A stretch of DNA of 63,514 bases, filler included, from Octopus bimaculoides (GCF_001194135.2; 4 parts of 4 records of this genome joined end to end with filler, not necessarily neighbours in it); one strand, 5' to 3'; shown: positions 24,201-35,749, numbered from the whole stretch's first letter. Notes: a model not told the origin generated them from the letters alone. Made by a program: numbers and translations.

Positions 24201-24312
24201 AAGGGGGACATTCATGGCAGAGTATAAGTACAGAAGCTAGAAATTATGCGACATGGAATTCAATTATAAGTGGCCTATACTCTGCATTGGAGGGTTAAAG
24301 GCAGGAAAGAAA
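21238..24312 (+). mobile_element. Near full-length RTE LINE (family R2) with 8-bp TSD
   Basis: TSD gtaatccc 21230-21237 / 24313-24320; about 160 nt 5' UTR; EN-RT ORF; short aagaaag tail; gap 22713-22934. Confidence 0.93.
21402..24298 (+). pseudogene. RTE ORF2 (AP endonuclease + reverse transcriptase), disrupted
   Basis: ATG 21402 MTPNSQSPREAS..; ILGLCETRW, VMGDFKAKVG, INHICV, SDHHLL; PNDWKEGLIVKLPKKGDL..NYRGI, EQAGFRENRSCVDQI, FIDFEKAFDSV, GVRQGCIFSPFLF, LDFADD, FTYLGS, LLYGAETW, WKWIG; several stops and frameshifts. Confidence 0.92.
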
Positions 24313-24425
24313 GTAATCCCTTATGCCACTGGTCTTAAGCCTTGTTTGGAACAGAATCATAAAAAGATAAAACAAAAAAGTAAAATATGTATTAATTCTG
24401 GCTATATTTTTAGTTATTGAGAAAC

Positions 24426-24865
24426 TCATCATCATCATCATTGACATTTAATGTCCGTTTTCCATGCTGGCATGTGATGGACAGCTTGAAAGGAACTGGC
24501 AAGGCCAGGGGATGCACCAGGTTTCATAGTCTGTTCTAGTATGGCTTTGCTAATGCTAACCATTTTACAGAGTGCACTTGGTGACTTTTATGTGCCACCA
24601 ACACCAGTGCTTTTTACATGGCACCAACACCTACACCAGTGCTTTTTATGTGACACCTTGGTTTTAGGCTCTCCATTCTGTTGTGGTGGGTGAGTCTTCA
24701 TGAGTACAGAAATGCACAACATATCTTAGTCCTCTGTCATCTCCATGGTAAGGGTCAATGTTTTGAGATCAGCTTTCAATACTTCCTCTTATGTCCTGAG
24801 TCTCCTTCTATCACAACTTCCTTCCCCTTCATCTATATAGAAAAAGACTCCCACTTCAAATGGAC
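24426..24865 (-). mobile_element. RTE family R1 3' end
   Basis: catcatcat..tttaatgtccgttttccatgctggcat tail; minus frame EEVLKADLKTLTLTMEMTED. Confidence 0.8.
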
Positions 24866-24892
24866 CAAAATGAATAGCAAAATGTTGAGTGA

Positions 24893-25171
24893 TGAACCCA
24901 AAACAATAGGTTAGAGCATCTTGGCTTCATGCTCTTGCTTGATGGGGCTGGGGTCATTCCAAGTTAGTGGTCCTAGAGGTGTTATCATGCATAGAGCCAA
25001 TCAGGCCCACCAGTGCTCTTCATCAGTGGGACAACCAGCAATGTAGAACACTGGTGGGCCTGGTTGGCTCTATGCATGATAACACCTCTGGGACCACTAA
25101 CTTGGAATGACCCCAGCCCCATCAAGCAAGAGCATGAAGCCAAGAAGCTCTAACCTATTGTTTTGGGTTCA
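24893..25171. repeat. 127-bp-arm inverted repeat with 25-nt spacer
   Basis: Arms 24893-25019 and 25045-25171, 4 mismatches counted. Confidence 0.95.
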
Positions 25172-25605
25172 GCTCCATCTGCCTCCTCAAATATAATGTT
25201 GAACCTCTGGAGATTTTCCTTAATCACATCCAACCATCTGGTAAGGGGCCTGCCATGAGGCCTCTTCCAGCTTGCAGCTGCTGTGTTGAATGAGAGTAAA
25301 GTCCTGGTAGGATAATCTAGCAGGAGATTGAGGACAAAATCTTCACCAGGATTCTCCTCAACCTTGTTCTTCCTGCCATTAGAAGGAGACACCACCCACA
25401 ACAAGCAGGGTTCATGTCAAATCAATCTACTGGCAATATTTTTGCCCTTTGTCTAATTATTGAAAGATCTCAGGAGTTCCACAAAGATCGCCACCTCTAC
25501 ACCACCTTTGTTGACCTCAAGGCAGCTTTTGATACAGTTGACCATGCATCTCTCTGGAAAATTCTCAAGCTTGTCAGTGTGCCTCCTCAAGAAAAGATTT
25601 TATAG
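25172..25605. mobile_element. Rearranged RTE (family R3): minus-strand C-terminus joined to a plus-strand RT segment
   Basis: Minus 25172-25335: DYPTRTLLSFN..WKRPHGRPLTRWLDVIKENL; plus 25340-25605: FTRILLN..QQAGFMSNQST..FALCLIIERSQEF..FVDLKAAFDTVDHASLWKIL. Confidence 0.8.
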
Positions 25606-25678
25606 AGATTACAGCTGTTTCATAATCCACTCAGAATTACATAATCAATAAATGTAGAATAACACACACATAAAAGTG

Positions 25679-25714
<36 letters not shown>

Positions 25715-25724
25715 TATACACATA

Positions 25725-25860
25725 GGCACATGATGATGTCCAGAAAAGAGAAGACTACATCTTCAAACTGCATTAGGAAGGATGCTTGAAAGACTCTTGA
25801 AGGTATCCTTCCTAAAGCGGTTTGAAGATGTAGTCTTCTCTCTTCTGTACATCATGTGAC
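25725..25860. mobile_element. 136-bp palindromic MITE with TA flanks (Tc1/mariner-type target)
   Basis: cacatgat..agagaagactacatcttcaaactgcattaggaaggat pairs with atccttcctaaagcggtttgaagatgtagtcttctct..atcatgtg; TA at 25723-25724 and 25861-25862. Confidence 0.75.
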
Positions 25861-25888
25861 TATATGCAGATTTATGTATTGTCTGTAA

Positions 25889-26156
25889 TCTATATATATA
25901 AAAATGAGAATGTGTGTCTGTCTGTCTGTGTGAATCCCTAAAACTCGAGAACTACGCAACCAATTTCATTCAAATTTTACACATGCCTTACTTAGGGTTC
26001 CAGTTGTGTTTTAGTCAAAAAATTTTTTAACTTCTTGCAGAGTTCGAGCCCACGGCAACATAATATCTCCTCCACTATTTAAGTATTACGTGTCAAAAGT
26101 GAAACAAAAACACTGAAGTCAAATACTTTCACTTTAAAAATGAAACTATTCCACTA
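25889..26156 (+). mobile_element. Non-autonomous Helitron-like element, 5' part (truncated by spacer)
   Basis: A|TCTATATATATAAAAATGAG start, (tgtc)n, accaatttcattcaaatttt; related copy at 53113. Confidence 0.65.
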
Positions 26157-26256
26157 NNNNNNNNNNNNNNNNNNNNNNNNNNNNNNNNNNNNNNNNNNNN
26201 TTAATTAATTAANNNNNNNNNNNNNNNNNNNNNNNNNNNNNNNNNNNNNNNNNNNN
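26157..26256. other. Artificial scaffold spacer 44N-TTAATTAATTAA-44N
   Basis: Exactly 100 nt; identical structure at 49027-49126 and 61560-61659. Confidence 0.95.
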
Positions 26257-26550
26257 TATATATATATATAAATATATATATATACATATGCGTATGTGTT
26301 TACATATAGAGGTATGTATACATATGCACACACACATGTGAATAATGTGTGCGCATATGTTTTGACACACATACATACATACGTATATATATATGTATAT
26401 ATATATATATACTTAATTGTATGTATGCATGTATGTATGTATGTGTATATATATATATATATATGTTTGTGTAGTTGTCGGTTTACTTACTGCCGGCCTG
26501 TGTGTACCTGAGAGTGATGTGCATGTGCTTACATCTATCTGTATGCGTGC

Positions 26551-26584
<34 letters not shown>

Positions 26585-27361
26585 AAGAGTGTGTGTGTGT
26601 GATGGAGAGAGTTAGTGCTTGTCTGCTATGAAGGCCGAATGTGCATGCAGGGAGGAAGTGTAGAGAGAGTGTCGATGTGCGCGAACAAAGGAGGCAGGAA
26701 GCACGGTCACAGCTGCTCTCTTATGAATGTGAGATTTCCTCCCCTACCACCGCCACCACCGCCACCACCACCACCACCACNNNNNNNNNNNNNNNNNNNN
26801 NNNNNNNNNNNNNNNNNNNNNNNNNNNNNNNNNNNNNNNNNNNNNNNNNNNNNNNNNNNNNNNNNNNNNNNNNNNNNNNNNNNNNNNNNNNNNNNNNNNN
26901 NNNNNNNNNNNNNNNNNNNNNNNNNNNNNNNNNNNNNNNNNNNNNNNNNNNNNNNNNNNNNNNNNNNNNNNNNNNNNNNNNNNNNNNNNNNNNNNNNNNN
27001 NNNNNNNNNNNNNNNNNNNNNNNNNNNNNNNNNNNNNNNNNNNNNNNNNNNNNNNNNNNNNNNNNNNNNNNNNNNNNNNNNNNNNNNNNNNNNNNNNNNN
27101 NNNNNNNNNNNNNNNNNNNNNNNNNNNNNNNNNNNNNNNNNNNNNNNNNNNNNNNNNNNNNNNNNNNNNNNNNNNNNNNNNNNNNNNNNNNNNNNNNNNN
27201 NNNNNNNNNNNNNNNNNNNNNNNNNNNNNNNNNNNNNNNNNNNNNNNNNNNNNNNNNNNNNNNNNNNNNNNNNNNNNNNNNNNCACACACACACACACAC
27301 ACACACACAGAGCCATATGTCCAGATTCGATCGCATCCTTGATTTGAAAAAGGCAGAGCGT

Positions 27362-27421
<60 letters not shown>

Positions 27422-27692
27422 CCTGTCTGCCTGTCTGGTTGTCTGTCTGTCTGACTGTCTGTCTGTCTGTCTGTCTTGCCTTCTAGCTCTGTTTCTCTCT
27501 TATTATCTATCGCATACATATATACACATGCGAACACGTGTGGGTATCTGCATGCGCGCGTGCGTGTGTGCATTCATGCACAAAGATTATTTTGAACAAA
27601 ATATCTCTTCCGCCTCTTTTACTGTCTCTGTCTCTTTGTGTCTGTCTTTTTGTCTGTGTGTCTCTAATTATCTCTCTTTCTCTCTCCCTCTC

Positions 27693-27733
<41 letters not shown>

Positions 27734-27849
27734 TTTTTCTAGATAGATGTGTGTGCATGTGTGAGATATACATACACACACACACACATACAATATAAAT
27801 ATATGTATATAAACATAAATATATGTACATACACATATTTGTATATACA

Positions 27850-28100
27850 AGCATATATGGGCACAGGACATCACGGAACGTAAACACATAAAATGAACAA
27901 AAAATACGAAAACAACATGAAATACGAAATACGACAACATGGAATACGAACTCTTTTTTGTGAACAACGAAAGAAACAAACGGAAAACAAGACAATCGAC
28001 ACGAAAAAAAGAAACAACCCTTCATCAGTTGTTGGCTGTTTTTCTACTTCGGATTTAGAGCATTTCACAACAAGATACGTTTCCGACATAACAGTTGCTC
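27850..28100 (-). mobile_element. Putative Penelope-type terminal repeat (family P1)
   Basis: Minus: gaaac..caactgatgaagg, T-rich tract, aaaaaagagttcgt, tgatgtcctgtgcccatatatgc then microsatellite; same layout at 34030-34230. Confidence 0.45.
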
Positions 28101-28134
28101 CCGCAAAGCAAATTAAATAAAATTGGGGATTTTG

Positions 28135-28462
28135 CCAAGGTCGACTTTGCCTTTCGAGCTCGATAAATTATGTACCAGTTACGCACTGGGGTCGATGTAA
28201 TCAACTTAATCCTTTTTCCCGTCCTTGTTTGCCTCCTCTATGTCTAGCCCCTTGTGGGCAATAAAGAAACGTTAGCACGCCGGGCGAAATGCTTAGCGGT
28301 ATTACGTCTGCCGTTACGTTCTGAGTTCAAATTCCACCGAGGTCGACTCCGTGTTTTCGTCTTTCCGGGGGGTTGATAAATTAAGTACCAGTTGCGTACT
28401 GGTGTCGATCTAATCGACTGATCCCCTCCCCCAACATTTCGGGCCTTGTGCCTAGAGTAGAA
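28135..28462 (+). mobile_element. Two head-to-tail SINE family C copies with different tails
   Basis: gttagcacgccgggcgaaatgcttagcggtatt..ttctgagttcaaattcc..gaggtcgact..gataaattaagtaccagtt; tail 1 agccccttgtgggcaataaagaaa, tail 2 ggccttgtgcc. Confidence 0.85.
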
Positions 28463-29462
28463 ATGCATATGTTTGTTATTAACCCATGCAATGTGCTTCT
28501 GATTACTTATGACGCAGTGAATTCTGGGCCATATTACGATGCATTGATTCTCTAATTATGAATGAAAGAAAACTGATACCCCCGACTATATAATGCAATG
28601 TATCGTTCTTTTTGCTTTTTAGACGTTATAGTGTAATTTAAAGAAGATTTGGCTGCTATCTCTAGCAGCACGTGAGACCACGTAGCGGTTTCGTCTTCGT
28701 TCTTTTATCTTTGTCTTTGCTGATTTTGATGACTACAAGCACTTCAAACTTAAGAAATGTTCTCAATGAACGCATTCGATTGACTTAAAATTATATAAAT
28801 TGAAACGACTGTCTCACTTCTTTATTGTTAATTTCTGGGGAGAAAATTAATACAAATTTCGTCATTAGCTTGCAAAATATCAGAAATATATCTTTGAAAA
28901 TAAACTTCTGAAAATAATTTTTAAAAAAACCCATCAAGTGATTGTTAGAATGTTAACAGAATTCGATTTAAGACTGTTTTCAACTGTGGAAAGTGTTTTG
29001 TTCGAAATTCGGCCACTAATTTTACCAGGTCAAGCGACCAAGTGAAAGTGGTCCGGTTGGTTTTTTTGTACGTACACGTGTTAAGTGCGTGCTCTAACAT
29101 ATTTCTTTCACACCACAGTTAGTATGAACGTCGATCTACCGACTTGTTTGTCTGATGAACAGTGGAAACATTATTCGATTAACCTTGAATAATGAATTGG
29201 GTATTGATTTTTCGCTTTTGTTATATAACAACGTTGGAATTGTTATATAAGTAACAATGTCGGTTAATATATGTATATGCACGCATGTGCATGTACGTGT
29301 GTGTGTGTGTGTGTGCATGAATATATATGTACATACGTATATATGTGTATATGTATAAATGTATAAATATATGTATGTAATTATCTAAATCTACAGTTAT
29401 GTAGATATAGATGTATATTAGTAACAGGTAAAATAATGAAAAAAAAACACCAAACAGGTCTA

Positions 29463-29501
<39 letters not shown>

Positions 29502-29539
29502 CACACATATACACACACATACATATATGTCAGAGTATC

Positions 29540-29730
29540 GACTAGATTACAGGATGTTGTTTCACATCGCAGGTCACAGTGTGTTTTGCATGGTTTTAGC
29601 TTTCGAATAAGGCCACCCCGTTATTTAGACGAGCAGTCCAACATCCCCACAAATCAGAAGCATAGTTCGTCACAGGGTTACCCATTGACAGCCGAGTGGA
29701 GCGGAGCAACGTGAAATGAAGTGTTTTTCC
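29540..29730 (-). mobile_element. SINE fragment (core + tail, head lost)
   Basis: gagtggagcggagcaacgtgaaatgaagtgtttt core shared with 38095-38140. Confidence 0.55.
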
Positions 29731-29734
29731 TGAG

Positions 29735-30050
29735 AAATCAAGGTCGTTCGGAGTTTTCTTTCCTCAGTCGAGTTCCAGATTATCTTTGCAATTTCGGCTA
29801 GTTATACTCGAGATTGCTCCAATCTGGCCGGCCCCAAGGAAAAACTAAGCTAAGAGCACTAGATTCCTTGGAAGAAAGCAACGAATGTATACGAAAACAA
29901 GGATGGAGAAAAATGGAGAAATGGTACACAAATACAAATAATAGGACATTAACAACGGGTATCTTTCGACTAAGGACGAATTAAATTAAGCTGGCGTGTC
30001 TGGAGGTAAAGCCTTACGGCAGGGACATAAGATTTGACGGGCACAGGGAT
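29735..30050 (-). mobile_element. Unclassified repeat, possibly Penelope-type terminus (family P2)
   Basis: Minus end gaactcgactgaggaaagaaaactccgaacgacc resembles 38140-38177. Confidence 0.35.
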
Positions 30051-30061
30051 GAATATAGATA

Positions 30062-30135
30062 GGTGCTATGCAGTGGGACTGAACCTGGAACAATGTGGTT
30101 GAAAAGCAAGCTTCTTACCACGCACAGGCATGCCT
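30062..30135 (-). mobile_element. SINE family A head fragment
   Basis: cagtgggactgaacctgga..agcaagcttcttaccac. Confidence 0.75.
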
Positions 30136-31584
30136 TAACTATTGATAATAAATTTCCTAATACTCTTCATGATTAATACCTAGTTTACTCATAAAAAACA
30201 TGAACTTCGTTTAGCTAGTGAGTTTTGTGCGTACATATTTCTGTGTATTTGTAACAACCAACCAACCAGCCAGCCAGCCAGCCAACCAACCATGTTGGTC
30301 GTCCACAATTCCTGGATGAATTATGAAGATAAGAGCCATTAGGCACCTCCCACGTATGCTTCGGCTTGGAGCAGCATTTATTAAACTTTCTTGTTGGATT
30401 CCAAAGTGTGACCAACATTGAAACATAAAGATATATATATTGGGTTTATATAGCCGTCCTTTTGTTTTATAATTGCAATTATAATTATAATTATAATAAA
30501 TTAATTTATCGTGGGAGGTAGTATATTTTTGGAGTGGCTAGTACCAATTCCAGCTTCATTCTTCCCCACCCCACCTACTAAAAAAACAAACAAGCCAAAC
30601 GACATATTTAGTTCAAGGTAACAGATTTTAATATTCACTCACCCTCTTCACACCACGTCCCATCCTCTAAAACAGAAACAGATGTCACCGTATCTCAATG
30701 AAGAATATTAATTTATTTATAATGACATTTCAGAAAGGACAAGTTTGGGAAAAATATTCATAATTATTATACTACATACATGACCACAAACACAATCACA
30801 CACACACACAGACACACGCACCAACACACACACGTAATGCATACGTACGTAAGTACATATATACATGCATACATACGTATGTACATAAATACATACATAC
30901 AGACAGACAAACACACACATACATACTCACTCAAGCACATACGCATTTTCACATGAGTAGACATATACACCACCCAATGCACAAGAGAGTACACGCTTAC
31001 ATGTATTTCCCTTTAATATATAATATGCCTACAAATAATAAATAAATAAATATTAGGATGCAAACCTACTATGTTGTATACAAACAGGCGTGCACATCTG
31101 CGCACTCACTGTACCTACCTACAAATATATACACACATAGACACGTACATATATTACATGTGTATGTCTGTTGATGTGTGTGTGTATATATATATATGCA
31201 CACCCACACACACAAACACGCACACATTTTGTTACTATTATACAAATATGTCGTAAGTCCAAAACGTTGCTTTTTCAGAAATCGAAAAAGTAGTTTTACC
31301 ATTCCATTTCTCTTTACATTAGCAACAGTTTCAGCTTAACAATATATACTTTGATGGGTGCACAAAATCGTAACTCCATGCATGTATGATATGATTTTTG
31401 CAAAACTGTCATATGTGAGACTTGCTACACTTTTGAAAAGTGCTAAACCGTTGTACTACACTTTGACAATTTTCATCTGATAGCTTGACCAAAAGAACCT
31501 GCTATTGCAAGCAAAATTAAATATTGAAAAAGAGTAGGCATTTGACTAAATTTAGACATACGAGAGTTTAACATAATAGCAACG

Positions 31585-31616
<32 letters not shown>

Positions 31617-34029
31617 NNNNNNNNNNNNNNNNNNNNNNNNNNNNNNNNNNNNNNNNNNNNNNNNNNNNNNNNNNNNNNNNNNNNNNNNNNNNNNNNNNNN
31701 NNNNNNNNNNNNNNNNNNNNNNNNNNNNNNNNNNNNNNNNNNNNNNNNNNNNNNNNNNNNNNNNNNNNNNNNNNNNNNNNNNNNNNNNNNNNNNNNNNNN
31801 NNNNNNNNNNNNNNNNNNNNNNNNNNNNNNNNNNNNNNNNNNNNNNNNNNNNNNNNNNNNNNNNNNNNNNNNNNNNNNNNNNNNNNNNNNNNNNNNNNNN
31901 NNNNNNNNNNNNNNNNNNNNNNNNNNNNNNNNNNNNNNNNNNNNNNNNNNNNNNNNNNNNNNNNNNNNNNNNNNNNNNNNNNNNNNNNNNNNNNNNNNNN
32001 NNNNNNNNNNNNNNNNNNNNNNNNNNNNNNNNNNNNNNNNNNNNNNNNNNNNNNNNNNNNNNNNNNNNNNNNNNNNNNNNNNNNNNNNNNNNNNNNNNNN
32101 NNNNNNNNNNNNNNNNNNNNNNNNNNNNNNNNNNNNNNNNNNNNNNNNNNNNTATATATATATGCATACACACACACACATTTATATAAACATATATATT
32201 TACATAAATATATATATAGACATACAGACGTTCATATCTGGGTGTGTCAGGCAAATATATATCCCGCTAAATATGTGTATGTAAGTCGACGGATTAATAA
32301 AAATGATTGCGCACAGTTATTAGAGCATAAGAGGAAATACAGTACTAGCCATTGCAGTCCCGCTGAGATCTTTTCGGGCTCTACGAAATAAACTACCAGT
32401 CGAGTACTGAGACCGAGCCCACCAACCTCTCTGTTTGTTCCTCTGTCAGTTGTTTCTCTGTTTCTCTCTATATATCTCTGTTAATCTCTCTTCTCTCTTC
32501 GCTCTCTCTGTCTTTCGTAGAGTCAGCTCTACTGTCCTGTAATCCTAATTCACTTAGTCACAACTGAAGAGTAAAAGACAGCCACAACCAATGAAGAAAA
32601 TGTTAACACGAGTTAAATTCCAGAGAATAATGATGATAACAAGAGTAATTAGAGAGTGCAAACCTCCGCCAAGGCAACACCAACGTCCTCTCAACGATTA
32701 GCCAGAGATGATTTTTTAAATGAGAATATCTGAAATAAACTCGACTGCTCTCACAAACGCGAATACTAAAAATGAACCAGACGACTCTCAAAAATTAAGT
32801 AAAAAAAAAAAAACAGAAACATAATCCAGAATAAAACCAACACCACAGCTTCTATGAGCTAGCTAAAAGATTGCTATATCCCTCCGAGAACCTTTCTTGT
32901 TGTGGCTACTAAAACTGTCCCTCCTCCCACAACCAACCGATCTATTTGCTACCATTTCTAATACCCGGCNNNNNNNNNNNNNNNNNNNNNNNNNNNNNNN
33001 NNNNNNNNNNNNNNNNNNNNNNNNNNNNNNNNNNNNNNNNNNNNNNNNNNNNNNNNNNNNNNNNNNNNNNNNNNNNNNNNNNNNNNNNNNNNNNNNNNNN
33101 NNNNNNNNNNNNNNNNNNNNNNNNNNNNNNNNNNNNNNNNNNNNNNNNNNNNNNNNNNNNNNNNNNNNNNNNNNNNNNNNNNNNNNNNNNNNNNNNNNNN
33201 NNNNNNNNNNNNNNNNNNNNNNNNNNNNNNNNNNNNNNNNNNNNNNNNNNNNNNNNNNNNNNNNNNNNNNNNNNNNNNNNNNNNNNNNNNNNNNNNNNNN
33301 NNNNNNNNNNNNNNNNNNNNNNNNNNNNNNNNNNNNNNNNNNNNNNNNNNNNNNNNNNNNNNNNNNNNNNNNNNNNNNNNNNNNNNNNNNNNNNNNNNNN
33401 NNNNNNNNNNNNNNNNNNNNNNNNNNNNNNNNNNNNNNNNNNNNNNNNNNNNNNNNNNNNNNNNNNNNNNNNNNNNNNNNNNNNNNNNNNNNNNNNNNNN
33501 NNNNNNNNNNNNNNNNNNNNNNNNNNNNNNNNNNNNNNNNNNNNNNNNNNNNNNNNNNNNNNNNNNNNNNNNNNNNNNNNNNNNNNNNNNNNNNNNNNNN
33601 NNNNNNNNNNNNNNNNNNNNNNNNNNNNNNNNNNNNNNNNNNNNNNNNNNNNNNNNNNNNNNNNNNNNNNNNNNNNNNNNNNNNNNNNNNNNNNNNNNNN
33701 NNNNNNNNNNNNNNNNNNNNNNNNNNNNNNNNNNNNNNNNNNNNNNNNNNNNNNNNNNNNNNNNNNNNNNNNNNNNNNNNNNNNNNNNNNNNNNNNNNNN
33801 NNNNNNNNNNNNNNNNNNNNNNNNNNNNCACATCACCTCTCCCATGTCAACCAGGACCCTCTGATAAGACCCTTTGCTTTGTGAAGAGAAGTGTGGAATA
33901 TATATATTATATATATATATATTATATATATATATATTATATATATATATATATTGTTTAATTTTTCCTGTCTTGGTTTTGTGTTTGCTACCTTGGAACC
34001 CTCTGTTTAGCAGGTTAATCCACTAAGCA

Positions 34030-34230
34030 GGAAGAGCTATTCTAAGAGCGCGTTCTGCCTCATCTTCGAAACGCCTAGTTTAGAATAGAGGCAGCTGATG
34101 AAGGAAAAGTTCCATAAGTGGCTCGTCTGTTTTCCTATGTGTTCATTCTGTTGTCTGTAAAAAAAAAGTCCGTTTTTGTGCTTTATGTTCCCGTTCCTTT
34201 TCTGATGTCCTGTACCCGGATATGCATCAA
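34030..34230 (+). mobile_element. Putative Penelope-type terminal repeat (family P1)
   Basis: cttcgaaacgcc..cagctgatgaagg, T-rich tract, aaaaaaaagtccgt, tgatgtcctgtacccggatatgc. Confidence 0.45.
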
Positions 34231-34345
34231 TATATACATGTAGATGTAGGTATGTACATATATGTATGTATACATGCTTATGCTCATATATCATTTGTGT
34301 TATATATATATGCATATGTAAATATTTCTGTGAGTGTGTTTGTAC

Positions 34346-34384
<39 letters not shown>

Positions 34385-34394
34385 NNNNNNNNNN

Positions 34395-34434
<40 letters not shown>

Positions 34435-34904
34435 GTATTATTCATGCATGACCGCGTCCGTCTGTGCATATAATAACTACGGCCCGTGTAACAAAGACAC
34501 ACACATGTAACGTACGACGGCCAGGGAATTACCGATAAATTGTCATACTTATATTTATTCCGCTCTAATTGCACGCAGACGCTTCTTTGTTAATGTGGCT
34601 ATCGCAAATACCGTGATATCCAACAAGCCTATTGTCCTCGAAAAGCATGATATGAATAAACAGAAACCAATAAATAATACGTAAATAGACTTACTTTCTC
34701 GGGGCTTGACACAATTTAAATTGTTCTCGTCTAAGAATGTTGGGCGTTGTCGTTTTAGATAACATTAATTTTTAAAAAAAACTTGTTTAACGGGCAATGG
34801 ATTAGAGTCCGTGGTTTGTCGGACATAACGACTTTGGTATTTTGTAGTGTATTTTTAACTTTGTAAATTTCAGTCTTTAATCTTTAATCTTTAATCTTTT
34901 GTGT

Positions 34905-35210
34905 CAGTCATAGGACTGCGGCCATGCTGGGGCACTACTTTGAATGGTTTGTTGTTTTGTTATTTTTTTAAATATATATTTTAGAAGTCTGGCATTTATT
35001 CTGTCGGTATTTTTTGCGGAATTCCTAGGTCACAAACACGTCAACAAAACCAACACCGTGTGTTAACCGAAGGCGAGGAAGAAACTCACACGCATACATA
35101 CAAGCGCGGGCACATTAACACACACAACACGCGCGCGCGCGTATATAGACATTTATGCAACAGGCTTTCTTTAGGTTCCGTTTATCAAATCCACTCACAA
35201 GGCTTTGATT
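34905..35210 (-). mobile_element. SINE family A, degenerate
   Basis: cagtcataggactgcggccatgctgg and tcaaatccactcacaaggctttg match family A. Confidence 0.7.
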
Positions 35211-35289
35211 GGTCCGTCATTTGCCCTTGTGGCCAATAAAAGAATAAATTATTATTATTATTATTATCATTATTATTATTATTATTATT

Positions 35290-35748
35290 GAGTGAGAGAG
35301 CAGTCCTTGCCATCAAAGTGACACTGGGGTAAAATATACGAAGCCCAATATACCCATCATGACTACCCGTCTGATAAGGGTACACCAGGCACATGCATCA
35401 CAACCATATGTGCGCGACATGGTGATCTCATATCAAGATAAATAGCGCATGACTTCGCAGGTGGGACTCAGTTAGAATTTTCTTCAGGTTTAATAGCCCA
35501 TCCCGCTCAAGCGGTACCTGAATAAGGTTTGTTTAAGGATGTTGAGCAAAACACCCATGTTTCCAAAGGTAAACTATTCAAACCCCAAAGAATTCCTCTC
35601 AACACATGGCTATGATGCTCCCCACAACTACTTCTGCTCGTGATCAGAGATGCACATATCGTCAACCATCGTGGGACATGCTCAACTTGTGAAGGTCAAA
35701 CAACTGACAAGCAAATCTGTGGTATTAAGCAGAATATTTGCTGTAGCC

Positions 35749-35749
<1 letters not shown>
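35290..35749. repeat. 460-bp non-coding island embedded between two (TTA)n arrays
   Basis: (TTA)n at 35249-35289 and 35751-35827 abut it directly. Confidence 0.5.

Larger units (their letters stand above)
20210..24385 (+). mobile_element. Old APE-type LINE 3' part (jockey/I/CR1-like group), interrupted by a SINE and an RTE
   Basis: LGLTLNKDLSWNKY [SINE] IAMLVAKKIGSLF..PESIL..ILGSALKRIFIVSFL..YFHGHCSDELSCLV..HHFTVELP..NNFFPPTVALWNSIP; UTR resumes after the RTE (gccttgtttggaac..A-rich tail 24321-24385). Confidence 0.7.

Noticed and set aside
26201-26212. TTAATTAATTAA palindromes as homeodomain or restriction sites
   Set aside because: Always centred in exactly 44N+44N; an assembly spacer
29150-29180. 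ctgatga-acagtg-gaaac as a hammerhead (also ctgatga at 6354, 20864, 39293, 55796 and 59865)
   Set aside because: No stem I/II pairing or no NUH triplet in the required geometry
32638-32969. aacaagag..cctccgccaaggcaacacc segment resembling a dispersed repeat terminus
   Set aside because: Single copy in the window and cut by a gap; class cannot be assigned
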